Shown: piece by piece, positions 46,301-59,946 of the stretch
How positions within the stretch are numbered: position 1 is the first letter of the stretch
How the letters are laid out: the number at the start of each line of letters is the position of its first letter
Notes under the pieces: generated by a model
Databases searched by the model: none
What the model saw: only the letters and a program-made list of their open reading frames with translations
Told to the model about the DNA's origin: nothing
Assembly: GCA_002104905.1 (NCBI GenBank)
Contig: MCFE01000339.1
Coordinates: 28,073 to 92,072, forward strand
Length of the DNA stretch: 64,000 nucleotides
From: Basidiobolus meristosporus CBS 931.73
Taxonomy: Eukaryota; Fungi; Basidiobolomycota
Direction: 5' to 3'
Made by a program: the position numbers and the translations under genes

Positions 46301-49300
46301 TTGGGCCATAACTAACCCAATCTACTTGGTAGTGAAGTTGGAATCTGATGTATTTTAAACCTAGTACTTGTGGAACCTTAAACCTTTGGTGTTTGTCTAC
46401 TTGAATGGCTGGAGAATCTACTAGGTGTTGGTTGGGTAGAGTACTTTCATGGAATGGCTCATGGGGAGATACATGGAACATGTCATTGATCTTCATACCT
46501 GGAGGTAACTGCAGTTGGTATACAAATGGGCTCAGTTTCTTCTTGATCTTAAATAGACCTAGTTTTTTATAGTTCAATATGTGAAGAGGGGAGGGAGAAA
46601 AGTAGCAATAACAAACCTCTTGTACCCCCCATGGGTTAAGGATAGCTCTTTCTTGAGTGTTTCTTGGATTTCTAGAATTGTTGATGCTTTGTAAGAGACC
46701 ATAAATTGCATAGAAGAGGGTGAGACCAGTTGTACTCTGACATGAGTTGTTGTAGGCAAATTCTGCAAGTGGCAGCAGCTGGGTCCAGTTATCTTACTCA
46801 CAATTAATATAGCACTGGAAGTATTGCTCAAGGATCCAGTTAATTCTTACAGTTAGACCTTATGATTGAGGATGGGGAGAAGTGGAGAGCTTGAGTTGTT
46901 TACCAAGATACTGCGTGAAGCATTTCCAGAGTTTTGATATGAACTGAGGTCATCTACAATATACACTGTCACTTTGGATACCATGGGGCCAGAAAATGCT
47001 CTAGATTACTACATGGGCAGTCACCTTGGAATCCATATTTTTGGAGCAGGTAATAGAGTGAGCCATCTTCATAATTCTATCTGCCACTACCAGGACTGAA
47101 TTCAATTGGCTGCTTTCTGGGAGGTCAGTTATAAAGTCCATTGAAATTGACTTCCATTGCTGGTCTGGGATTGGCAGGGTTTAAGAAGTCTGTATGGCTG
47201 GTGTCTGGCAGATTTTACTCAACTACATGTATCACAGGATTGGAGGTACTCCTTGACAAGGGATGTCATCTTGAGCTATTCAAAGCCGTTCTTGATTGCA
47301 TTTATGGTTTTAGCAGTACCAAAATGTCCTGCAGCTGTTGAATCATGGCAAGAATGGATGATATCTGACAGGCTATCATAGTCTGGGACAAACAGTTGGT
47401 GCTGGTGGCATATGATATCATTGACTAGATGCATGTGCTGGAGGTTTGGGAAATAGGGTGGTGGGTCAGTGGGAGACTTGAGATATTTCTTGATTGTTGC
47501 CACTATGAATTTGATGACTTGGCTGGTCTTAAGTTTCTCAAGGAGTAAAGGGGCTATAGTACTGGAGGACTGGGTTCCAAGGTGTTCAAAGTGTCTTTGT
47601 TGATTACAGGGCTTTTCATTTGCCAACAGGCACCATCCCTTCTTCAAGGGAATATTCCACCTTTCTGGACAGGGCATCAGGTTTTCCTTGTTTTACCCCT
47701 GGTCTATTGGTGATGACAAGTCACCGCTAGACAGGAAGAGGGTCCATCTGGCTTGTCTCTTGTGGAGTACTTTGAGGTGGTAAAGTATTCAAGGTTCTTG
47801 CAACAACAGAAGATCTTTTTTTTTGGGCTGCACCCTCAATGTAGTGTCTCCATTGTTCAATGGCAACAATGATTGCAAGTAGTTCCTTGTCATAGATATC
47901 ATATTTTACTTCAGCTGGAGTAAATTTTGAGAGTAGAATGTAATAGGGAGTAGCACATTCTTGTTATTATACTAGGAAAGGATGGCACCAAGGACAATGG
48001 CAGAGGCATTTGTTTCTATGATGAAAGGTTTCTTAAGGTCAGGATGGGCAAGCAGGGGACCATGCAAGAAGGATTTTTGATTGAATCAAAGGACTCAGAC
48101 TGTTCCTTATTCCAGGCAAAGGGCAGACTTCTCTGTGCAAGCTCTGTCAGGGGAGTGACTATCTTGGAGTAGTTGCCAATGAATTAATGGTAGAAGTTGG
48201 CAAATCCAAGGAAGGATTGCACCTCTATTACAGAAAAGGGAGTTTTCCAGGACTGGATGGCTTCTACTTTATTGGGGTCCATTCTTGTCACATTGGAGCT
48301 TATAAGATAGCCTAGGAACTCATCTTGCTTCTGGTCAAACTCATGCTTTTCCAGTTTGGCGTTGAGGCCAGTGGTGTCAAGCTTGGTCAAGTCTTTCTTC
48401 ACAAGATTATTATTTTCTATTTTTAGTGTAACAATGTCACTAATGGAGAAAGAACTGTTAGTGTGATATCTCATACCAACAACTGTGAATGTAAAAGGTC
48501 TGGGGAGGGAAGGTGTAAATAAAGGTTTAGTGTATATATCTATATATAAGTATATAGATAACGGCTAGATGGTCAAGGTACTCATGGAATTTGTCAAGCA
48601 TCAGGTGTTGAAAGACAGTTGGAGCATTGGTGAGACCAAATGGCATAGCTTTATACTCAAAGTGACCATATCTTGCTCTGAAAGCAGTTTTCCACTCATT
48701 GCCACACTTGATCCTGACAAGGTTATAAGCTCCTTTGACATCAATTTTTGCAAGTACTTTGGCAGCAGAGACTTGATCCAACAGAGTGTTTTTCAGGGGC
48801 TAAGGTGTGGTTTGTGATTGTGATCCTATTCAGTGCATGATAGTCTAGACACAACTTAAGGGTTCCATTCTTTTCTTTTGACAAAGAGGATTAGGGCACT
48901 GCCTGGGGACTTGGAGTGCTAAATAAGGCTTTTCTAGAGGCTTCCATCTGATATAGCTATGAAGTTCTTTCATCTCAGACTGTGAGAGGTTGTAGATAGG
49001 GCCAAAATGATGGGTTTCTCTGTCTTCAAGGTCAATTGGACAATTGTATGGTCTATGTGCTGTGTTTAATTCTGCTTTCTTCATATCAAAGACATGGGCA
49101 AACTCTTGATACTTGGCAGGTATTCCATTTGAGGAGGCTCCTTGAGGGTTAATAGGCTCCTGGGTCTGGGGTAGCTTGAGAAAAGATACTTCTTCACCTG
49201 AGAAGTCAGGTACATTCACAGAGTTGACATGATGGATTTTGGGGAAGATCAGGGTTCTGTTCTTCCAATTGATAGCTGGGTGATAGCAACTAAACCAAGA

Positions 49301-49762
49301 GCTTCCAAAAGCTATGGAGTAGTGGGGAGAGTTGACAATGTTTAAGGCTAGTGTCTCATAGTGACCACTGCTGGACAGCTGGAGTAGACATATCTCATGG
49401 ATACCCACACCAGAGGAGAGGTTTCTTCTATCACTGACTTCTACTTGGACAGGACAGGATCTCAGGATAGTGGGGATCATGTGCTTCTGGACAAAAGACT
49501 GGTCAATGAAACATGAAGAAGTACCAGCATCTATGGGAGCAAGAATATTGACAGGCCTGATTCAGAGATATGGATGTTGACACGCATTCTGAAGAACTGG
49601 GTGGACTTGGTAGCATACAATGTTTCTTGAATGTGTTGAGTTATCATTGGAGGGTCCAGTAGCAAGCATGTCTTTGTAACTGGAGACTGGAGTTTCCTAG
49701 CAATTCTGGAGAAAGCTGTTGACTGGATGAATGCCAGAGTTTGAAGCTTAATTTCTTGTTAC

Positions 49763-52700
49763 TACAGCTTCCCTCACAAAGTGATGCTGTATGTCAATGT
49801 GCTTAGTTCTGGCATGATTAGTAGGATTTCTAGCTAATGAAATACAACTTTGATTATTCTTGTAAATACATGTTGGTTCACCAGAATTAAAACCTAAGTC
49901 TTTGAATAAGTTCATATATCTGGAGAAAGTGGCAAAGTTAAGGCAGTAAATGAGTCCTACAGTGACTAAGACTAGTCTAGAATTGTTAAGTAAATTTTTA
50001 GCTGCTGAATGATACCAAATAGTCCAATATTTCAACACTCCGCCTCAACTAAATAATTTCTTAATCCCAATTTCTCTCTAAGGATCTCAAATTGTGGCCT
50101 AGCTAGTGGTTTTGTCAATATGTCTGCCACCATTTTGTCAGTTGGGCAGTAAACTAACTCCACTAAGTTATTTTCTACAGCTTCCCTCACAAAGTGATGC
50201 TGTATATCAATGTGCTTAGTTCTGGCATGATTAGTAGGATTTCTAGCTAATGAAATACAACTTTGATTATCCTTGTAAATACATGTTGGTTCACCAGAAT
50301 TAAAACCCAAGTCTTTGAATAATTTTTGTAGCCATATAGCCTCCTTAGTTGCTTGACATGCAGCCATATATTTGGCTTCAGTTGTAGATAGTGCCACTGT
50401 TGGTTGTTTCTTGCAATTCCAAGTGATAGCTGCACCAGCATAAAGAAATACATAGCCTGTGGTAGAGCGTCTGTCAATCAGATCCCTACCCCAATATGAA
50501 ACACTATAACCATAAAATTTTTGCCTACTAGCTGCTCTAGAGTATTCCAGTACCATATTTATGGTACCTTGTAGATATCTGAAAATCCGCTTAACTGCTG
50601 CAATTTGATCTGATCCATTATTCTGCATGAATTGACTGACTATTCCAACTGCCACTGCAATATCTGGACGTGTAGACACCATCAAGTACATTAGGCTACC
50701 AACCATTGATTGATAGGGAAAGTTTTGGTCCATATTTGAGCCATTTTCATTGATAACTGGCTGAGATTTGCTTAATTTCAGGTTATTGTCAATAGGGGTT
50801 GCTGCAGGTTTGCAATTTTCCATTTTGAAGCGTCTAAGAGTGTCCCGGATGTACTTAGACTGATTCAGCACAATTCTCTGTGTAGGTATGTCAAATCTGA
50901 CCTCAATTCCAAGAAAATAGCCCAATTTTCCAAGATCTTTCATCTCAAACTTGCTGAAGAGATCTGATTTTGTCTGTTGAAGTGCCTCTTGGTCACTTGT
51001 AGCGTATATACTGTGATCTGCAGTGCTACAAGAGAACCAAATGTCCTTTAGATATGTGTCAATCTTGTTATACCATGCTCTGGGTGCCTGCTTCAGCCCA
51101 TACAACAATTTTCTAAGTTTGCACACCTTAAGGGGGCCTTTTGAATTGGTAAGACCTTCTGATTGCTCCATATATATAGTTTCTTGCAAATCCTTATTTA
51201 GAAAGGCTGTTTTGACGTCCATTTGGTGTAGATCTAGACTGTGTACAGCTGCCAGGGCTAGAACTGTCCTAATAGAGTTAAACTTGGCAACCGGAGCAAA
51301 TGTTTCCTTAAAGTCTAGTCCCTTGATATGGGAATAGCCTTTAGCTACCAATCTAGCCTTGTACTTATCAACGGCCCCATTTGAGGTTATCTTGATCTTG
51401 TAGACCCATCTACATCCTATTGGCTTTCTCCCATTTGGTAAATATACTAGTTCCCATGTTTTTGCCTTGATCAGTAATTGGTACTCCTCCTGCATGGCTT
51501 GTTGCCACTTAGTGGCATCTGGACTTTGCATTGCCTGTTCCAGATTCTGAGGTTCAACACATAAGGCAAGATAAGCTTCTTCATGATCATTGGATGTCTG
51601 CCACCAGGATCCAGGGGCATTTCTTATTCTGGTAGATCTCTTAACTGGGATAATCTGTTCTGATCTGGAACTGGTAGAAGTATCTTCCATATGTGGCCTG
51701 ATTTGGTACGTATCTTCTTCATTGGTGCTGATTGCATCATCAGGCGGCTGACCAATGATTTCTGTGGCTTTCTGATCTGAATTCTCCTCAACTACAACGT
51801 CCCTGCTCTTGATCAGCTTCTGAATTTTGCCATCATACACTCTATACCCTTTAGTATCTTCACAATACCTAAGAAAGATCCCTTTCCTACTCTTTGGTTC
51901 CAACTTTGAGCGCTTTTTGTCAGGGATGTGATAAAAAACATCACTGCCAAAGATCTTGAGATGCTGGAGATCTGGTTCTTTGCCTGTATATGCTTCAAAG
52001 AGTGTAGAATCATGTAGTGCTGTTGTTGGGCATCCATTCTTGATCTATACAGTGGTAGCAACAGATTCAGCCCAAAATTTGTAGTCCATTCCCTTATCAT
52101 GTAGCATAGATCTTCCCATCTCTACTATTGTTCTATTTGCACGTTCTGCTACTCCATTTTGCTGTGGAGTATGAGGAACTGTGGTCTGTTGAAGTATACC
52201 AGTAAACAAGCAGTATTTTGCAATCTCCTTTGAGTAGTATTCTCCTCCATTGTCATTTTGTAGTACCTTCAATTTACACCCAGTTAGTGTTTCTGCCATG
52301 TTCTTGAAGTGCTTAAACGTCTCTAAAGCCTCATCCTTTGTTTTGAGGAAGTACACCCATGTATATCTTGTTGTGTCATCAATAAGCGTTATAAAGTATC
52401 TCTTGGCTCCAAAGGACAGTGTTCTTATGGGGCCACATATGTATGAGTGTGCAATAGCCAATAGTTTGGGGGTATTGATGCCTTCTGAGCTCTTGAAACG
52501 TTGCCTAGCTTGTTTGCCATATGAACATACCTTACAAACATTCAATTTGATCAGAATTGAGTATTTTATGCCCAAAACAAGCTGATTTTTCACCAGTTGG
52601 CTCATTTTCTGTTCCCCTATGTGTCCTAGCCTTCTATGCCATGTCTCCCAGTTGGTTTCATCAGTTTCAGCAATGCTGACATACTCAGGTACAATGATCT

Positions 52701-55368
52701 TGCATTTTAACTTGTATATATTGTGGTCTCTGATTCCCAAAGCTAATTTTTGTCCATTTTCACTCAATATTGAGCAGCTCAGCTTAGTAATAACAAATTT
52801 CAGTCCCTGAGTAGTTGCTTTACTGACTGAGGGTAGGTTCTTAGCTTTTCCAGGTACATAGAGTACGTTGTGGTGGTGTATAGGTCCAAGGGAGAGATAC
52901 GTCCAACACTTCTCAAGTGTTTTGTGTGTGGGGTGTTCACTGGGTGCGGTAACCTCTGGCAAAAGCTTGCTAGGAATACTTGGGTTCTGTCTCTAATCTA
53001 ATGTGAAGGGGAATAAAGCCACAAGCTTGTCAAGAGAAAACTATTGAGCTACAATCCCCAACTTAGTTGGCGTCTTAACAAAAGTATGTGCTGGGTTCAG
53101 TGTCCTTTGAGATGACAATGTACTAAAGCTTACAAAGTCAAACAACTGTAAACTCCACCAGCAGGGACTTGATAAGAATGCAGCTGTGGTCAATAGTTAC
53201 AAAGACAGAAAAGTATCTTTGCCTGTACAAGAACAAACTTGGGAAAGAATCAAATATAATAAAACATACCTACTCTGAGTATTCCTCACAAGTAGTGCCT
53301 CCAAGGTCAGTTGGCTGTCAGCGTGGTTTCCTGGGAGTGTCCTGCGGTCTGGGGTTGGAAGTTCAGATAGCAGCAGGTAGCAGTGATCACACTAATCAAC
53401 AAGTCAGTATATTGATAAAAGGGATGATGATTTATTGTAGAGGGATAGCCTCCCTTATATACTTTTCTCACTGGCTAAGTGATTACTAATCATGGTGTTC
53501 CAGAAGGTTCCGGATATCAATAGAAATCTTAATGACATCAGAATGACCTACAAATGTTCTAAGTAGGTGCCGGAAGGTTCTAAGAGGCACAGCACATCCA
53601 ACCAATCAGGAATCAGTATTCTGAAACCTGTGTAACATGGTGATACCATATATGGTATGGAAATGGTAGGGATGGTGACACGGGTTGATCATGTGTCACG
53701 GGTACTGGTGCAGGTACTTGCCTAATATAGAAGCACTTGTAGCTAGTAATCTTACATAAAGTGAGGGGTAACTTATGCAATAAGGTAAGCAGGTGTGATA
53801 GTCAACCGGCTTATGGGATAGTACTGATTGGGTAAGACAAATGGGATAAAACTAAAATGAGTGTAGTAGGGATATAGGGAAGTAGAAGATAAGGGGATGA
53901 GCACATCTGTCAGTGGGTGTCACTGTCACCCCACTACAACGTCAGTCAGTTTTGCTGTTGTTGCCCCTGAGTTATCACTCATATTTAGTTGTATAGACTC
54001 ACTGGGGGTAGCTTCCAATGCAGAGTTATCTCCCAGATAAACCTTTCTTACAGGAATAGTTCTTAAGTTGCTGAACCAATCCTTTATACCACAAATATGC
54101 TGTGATGCTCCAGAGTCAATATACCATTCATTACTTTGCTTACTTGCACTCTCTTGTACAGTTACAAGTAATTGTTCATCAGTAGTTATATGGTTTGCCT
54201 GCTCTAGTTTCTGTTTTTTGTCTGCTTGTTTCTTCTTGCATTCTCTTGCCCAGTGTCCTGGCTTTTTACAGTAGTTGCAGCAGCCAGGTTTTTTTTGGTT
54301 TTGTTGCTTTCCCTTCTTTTCTGTATGCCTTTCTGAGCTGAATAAAGCATTATCTTCAACTTTCTCTGCTTGATCATTATGTCTGAGCTCTTCATGGAGA
54401 TGTCTTCCTTTTACATAGTCTAAAGTCAAGTTGTCTTCTCTGCTTTCAAAAGAAAGTATGAGCGGCTCATACTTGTCTGGTAGGTGGCAAAGCAGACAGA
54501 GTATCTTTTCTTCATCATCTACACCAGCATTAATACTGTAAAGTTCTTTGGCAAGTGTCTCCATTCTGGTAATGAGTTGTAGCATGTCATCATCTGGCTT
54601 CTTCCTCATGTTGAAGGACTTTTGTTTCAAATAAAGCTTGCTTGATGCTGACTTTGCTCTAAAGATCTTCTCTAAGGATTCCCATGCTGCTTTGGCAGTG
54701 TCTGAGGCATGGATTTGTCCAACAAAGGAGTCTTGCACATTGATGCATATGGCATTGATGGCCTTTCTCTCCTTCTCTTGAAATTTCTCCACATCTTCTG
54801 CTGTTCCTTTGGGCTCAACTTTCTTTCCTGTGACTATGTTCCAAAGTTTTCTTTCCTCAAGGTGGATCTGCATCTTGATTCTCCAAAGTCTGTAGTTCTT
54901 TCCATCAAACCTCTCCTTTACAGGGAAGATGTTGGTATTGCTTTGTTTGCTGGTAGAAGTCATCTTTAGAATAGATTAAGGCAGTTGGGGCTCATAACCT
55001 GTTGCAATTTAAGAAGTGATTTGGATATAAGGAACTTATCAAGAAATAGTGATAATGGTTGAACTGTTGTTTATTCATCAAGAAGCTCAGTATTTATACC
55101 TTTGTAGAAGTACTACAGCTGTAACACTAAGTAGGGAGGGTTTCTCAATATTCAGGAGCATTCTGTAACAGTTTCAGGGTTAGTACATAATGTTTGGTAA
55201 TAGTGCTAATTTGATCCTGACTATAGGGGAATAATCATAAGATCATATATCTGGAGAAAGTGGCAAAGTTAAGGCAGTAAATGAGTCCTACAATGACTAA
55301 GTCTAGTCTAGAATTGTTAAGTAAATTTTTAGCTGCTGAATGATACCAAATAGTCCAATATTTTAACA
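49763..55368 (-). mobile_element. Ty1/Copia element, family B; decayed, 3' LTR truncated and rearranged
   Basis: 5' LTR at 55000-55368 with PBS. ORF pieces at 53926-54963, 52045-52868 and 50032-51903. Only about 130 nt of the 3' LTR remain (49906-50037), fused to a duplicated RNase H piece. Confidence 0.92.
52869..53938. repeat. Solo LTR, 1070 bp (family LTR-B), inside the Copia-B protease region
   Basis: Perfect TSD ACGT. Empty site GAGTACGTCAGTCAG is visible in the intact copy at about 42253-42267. Confidence 0.92.
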
Positions 55369-56092
55369 TGTCTACTTGCTTCACGTTCTTGATCTAGTTG
55401 GCAGCAGCTCTGGCTTGGTCAATATTGCCAAATGTTAGCTCCATTTCTGTGAAGAAGGCATGGTAGTCACTGAGTAGAGGGGTGTTGATTCTCAACAAAG
55501 GGGAGAGCCATTTCTGGGCAGTTCTGGTGATTAGGCTAGGGACATATCCAACTTTGGCTTGATCTGTTGAGAACCAATTGATTGTGGCAACAAGTAGTGT
55601 TTGTTTATGCTGATGGAACAGCAGAACTCATTTTGCAAGCTACAGAAGTTGGTGATGGAAGTGATCTGGGGAGTATGGTAGGAGGGAGTATGGATAGGCT
55701 ATTAAGTATTTTAGCTCTGAAGCTCATCAACAGTGTTTCCGAGATCTGCATTGTCTTGTTGCAGCAGGGCAAAGCCAGCCAGGATGCTTGCAAAGTTGTA
55801 CTCTGGACTGGACATGGTGGGGTAGCAGGAGGCGGAGAGATTTCTTGGTTACTTAGGTTACTACTGACTAATATGTTAGTTGTAAAGCCACTATACTGTC
55901 ACAAATACAGTTATTGAGACACAATCCCCAACTTTGAATAGGTTAGTGTCACTTCAGAAGGTACTGTCTTAATCATTCTTTGATAGAGTATTGTAAGTTG
56001 CTAGAATGTTGTAGAGCTTCCCGGTAAGAACTGGAATTTCTTCAGCAACTTGATTTGCTCAAATCATGGAAGGTCAAGGATATCATATCATC

Positions 56093-56436
56093 ATTTCATT
56101 TCCCAACCAAAACTGAGAAGATTCTCCTGGATCACCTTTCTTGTGATACCAGTGCCTTGATGGTTCAGCATTGTCAAATATGTCTTGCAAGCCTGAATCT
56201 GACTCTCTGAGCTATATTATTTCCCATATTTCCTTGTTTGTCTGCTAGTTGGTTGGTTGCAATTAGACATGCTCTGGTGATCTTAAATGGTCTTGTTCAT
56301 TGTGCCTAAAACTTCTGCCAAATGTTGTTTCTTAGCAATACAAAGATCTCAACTGTCAAAGCCTCTGGTGATAAAATCTAATCAAATCTCTGCTTCATCA
56401 TTTCTGCACTTTCAGAAACTTTGGCCTGAGTCTCCT
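56093..56436 (-). pseudogene. Gypsy-A integrase C-terminus/PPT fragment
   Basis: Colinear with 60314-60655, diverged. Confidence 0.75.
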
Positions 56437-59400
56437 GATTAGCAGCAATAACCAGAAATCTCCCCCTGAATAAAGAAGAAGCTACTTGCAATAAGTCAGA
56501 AAATCAAGGTTGGAAGAACGCTATGCAGCAAGTCCTGGCCCAGCAGCAGCAGTTACTCCAGATCCTCTGCCTGCAACAACAAGAAATGACTACCTTGGCC
56601 CAGAACCTGCAAAGCCCTGTCACAAGTAACTTTAATGTGAAGGTTGACTGGTTCCGTGGTTGAGTCAATAAAAACCTGAAAATTTGGCTCTTTCAAATTG
56701 AAGAAGCTTTTGAAGGCTGAAGGAAATGCCTTAGAAAGCTACTTGAAATATGCAGCTTCTTACTTGGTAGATGCAGCCTTATAGTAGTGCCACAGCAAGA
56801 TCAAATCAGCCAAAATGATTGTCAGCTCTACTTTGGCAGCTTAGGATGAGTTTGTGGTACAAATTCAGGATGGTCTTCAGCCCCCACATCAGCAGACACT
56901 GCACAGAAGGAAGCAGCATACACTCACACATAAAGAAATGGATCAGGATGACATCTATGAGCATAGATGTCTACTTGGACAGATTGGAAGTATGGACCCC
57001 CCTAATTAAACCAAATAATCTATTGATGGGTTGAAAGAAAGAGCTTGCATGGAAGTGAATTATCAAAAACCTCAGAGTTTTGAAGAAGCTGTTAATAGAT
57101 CATTAGCTATGACTCTGCTACATTGGGAGTTGGAAAGCCTACAGTGACTAATCACAACAGCTACAATATCCATGGAATACAACAATCAAAAGCAGTGCTA
57201 ATGGAAATAGATGCTATGCAGAAGAATCCCAACTGGAGTAGTCAACTGAATATCTGCCAAGATCATAATCAACTCAGGAGCATCACAAAAGTACCTATCA
57301 GAACAATTTGCCCTGAAAGCTGGAATTAACTTGAAACCTACCAAACTTACTTCAACTTCAACAGCTGATGGAAACTCTCTCATAATCAACCATATTTCTC
57401 AGCCAACAAGAATGAAGATCAGTGACTATAAGGAAGACTTACCAGCCCTTATATTTGAGAACTGCTAGTGTGACCTTGTATTTGGAAAAACCTGGCTACT
57501 TTATTGTAATCCATCAATTAACTGGAGAACCTGTGCAACCCAGATCCTGAAGGCCACAAGACCTATGAGCTATCACCTGCAAGACTGGGACATATGGTGA
57601 CTAGCACAGGTGTGACCTTAGACCCCAACATGGTTGAAGTCATCAAGAATCTCAAGCAGCTCCATAGCATATTTGAGCTCACCATTCCTTGGAATGTTTT
57701 TGTATCATTGGGGATTTGTCAAGTCCTGTGCTAGTATTGCAGCCCCTTTAACTGATATTCTCAAGAAAAACAACACTATGAAGTGGGAACTAGCCTGTGA
57801 GAATGCCTTTGAGACAGTTAGGAGTGAACTTGCTAAGATGCAAGCTTCAGAATCCCAAACTTCAGAAAAGAGTTTACTCTGTGCACGGATACTTTGGACT
57901 ATGCCATTGGTAGAGTACTAGACCAAGAACATGAGGAAAAGGACTACTTGGTTGCTTTTGTATACAAGAAACTGAACTCAGCAGAACAAAACTATCCAGT
58001 GCATGAGAAGGAGATGCTTGCCATTAAACACTGCTTGACAACTTGGAGAGGCTACATTAAAGGAGTCCTGTGCATTGTGAAGACTGATCACGCCTCACTA
58101 AAGTATATAATTACTTTGAAGGTACTCTGCAGAAGAACAACAAGATGGAGTGAATACATTCAGCAATTTGACTTGGAGATTGTCTACTGCCCTGCAGAAG
58201 ATAACATGGTTGCCAAAGCCTTATCAACACTGGAACAAGTTGCACAACGCAACTTAGTGCATGAATCAGATTGGGCTAGCATATTACCAAAGTACTTGGA
58301 GGACAAAGCCATTGATAGTGGGGTGGATGAAGAGATCAAGAAGATAATTTGGAATGTGTGGTAATGGAAAGTATTCCATTACCTAATATCTCAAAGCCAA
58401 TATTGCACTCATTTCTTTATTTTGCTTTTTGCTATTGTAAAACATAAGTGAAAGATCAGGAATTTACAACTTTTAAGGACAAATGCCCCAGACACTGACA
58501 AGGAATCCACTCAAGAATATTATGTCATGCAAATACTCAGTGGCCAACCCATATTTCAAAACACAGACCATTTGAAGTAGTACCTAAGGAGTTATGATCA
58601 AATGAGTCCAATTATCATAGATACTAGGCCTCTATTGCTAGAATAACTATGGTGACTTTGATTGCATGTAACTTTGGAACCATCAAATCAAATCACACAA
58701 AAATACCACAGGTGCTGCACCTATGTACAATCTGCACCACCACAAAATTTTAGCTCTGTATTATGTGTAATGCTTGCTCAATTGCCCAGAAATGTTGATC
58801 CTTCATAATTTCCATGTATCTCACTTCCCAGCTGAGAAATAAAGGCATAGCCTCTCTTTCCAGAATCTCCACGCTAAAATTATACATATAAAGGTTATAA
58901 GACTTAGCAAACAAGAATTCAATCTAAGTTCTACAAGAAAACCATCACATTGCTGTTGGAGAAGTCCCCTCTAAGAAACCCTTTTACTCTAAAGACACCA
59001 CTTTAGGCACCTCTTCAGTATAAAATCCACTTTGGAGACCACTACAAGAATCCCCTTTACTCTAAGGACATACCTTTGGGAGGTGACTTCCAAATAAGCA
59101 CAAGTTTCTATAGAAGTCAATAAGCCTAATAGTTATCAGATGGCCAAAACACTGCTGTAGAAGTAAGATACACTACCTATGGTGTATTTTGAGCCTAAGA
59201 TTGTGGATATTAGTGAATGTTATATCTTCTGTTGGTATTTCAAACTGCCAACAAACTATTACAGTATTAGCATACTGGAAGTTGTTGTATATTGTTGATT
59301 GGCCTCTACATTGTAAAACAAGCCCCAAACTGATCATAATAGAACGCAACAGATGAAGCCAGCAAGCTTGTAGCACAGGATGAAACACTCCACCAAGTTG

Positions 59401-59946
59401 TTGATGGAATCCCTATTGCCTATTGCCGTTATGTTGCTTGCCTGGATTCAATACATGAGCTACAAAATGGATATGTACATTTGAGAATTGAAGGAACCTA
59501 TAGCCTTCCAAAAGCCAGATCATGGTGTCCCAGAATGAAGCAAAATATTGAGAAGCTAGTGAAACAATTGCCAAATCAACCAAGTCATACCACAGAGAAT
59601 TGCGGAACTCTTTTCTTAAGAGCCTATGAGACCATTTGAGAGATGGGGAATTGGCTTTATTGGAGGACAGCCAACCACCAGGAAATGCAACTGTTGGATC
59701 CTAGTAGAAATTGACCACGCCATTAAATGGCCAGTAGCTAAAGTAGTACCTGTAGCTGGTGAACAATTGGTTGCAAGTTTCATCTAGCATGAGATCCTTA
59801 TGAAGTTTAAATGCCCTAAAGAGATTTTAACCAACAGAGGAGCAAGCTTTATGGCAAAGACATTGAAAGCATACCCAGAAATGCAGCTGATAAACACTTG
59901 AAAACCTCAGCATATTACCCTAGAACTGATGAAGCCACTAAGCAGT
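56437..59946 (+). mobile_element. Strongly decayed Gypsy-A copy (no 5' LTR; deletions spanning the knuckle/protease region and RT)
   Basis: Colinear with 20300-24640 apart from deletions near 57240 and 57585. Ends where the next Gypsy-A LTR starts. Confidence 0.85.
58357..59351. repeat. Probable solo LTR, 995 bp (family LTR-D)
   Basis: Ends TGTGG...CAACA with flanks AATG/GATG. Removing it plus 4 bp restores register with AAGATAATCCGTGATGAAGCC at about 23289-23309. Confidence 0.7.

Larger units (their letters stand above)
46081..56092 (-). mobile_element. Old chromovirus (Gypsy family C), split by Copia-B: pol 46173-49762, gag 55369-55896, 5' LTR about 55897-56092, partial 3' LTR 46086-46172 continuing at about 36446-36545
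   Basis: Chromodomain-like YQVDWVSYGPNYQTWEPATNL, RT KIDVKGAYNLVRIK..EWKTAF, gag KVGYV.SLIT.TAQKW. The LTR halves are only about 70% alike, so their pairing is tentative. Confidence 0.8.

Noticed and set aside
55880-55896. Tf1-like self-priming in the chromovirus (no TGG-type PBS after the LTR)
   Set aside because: I could not find a convincing complementary segment in this decayed LTR, so it remains unsupported.
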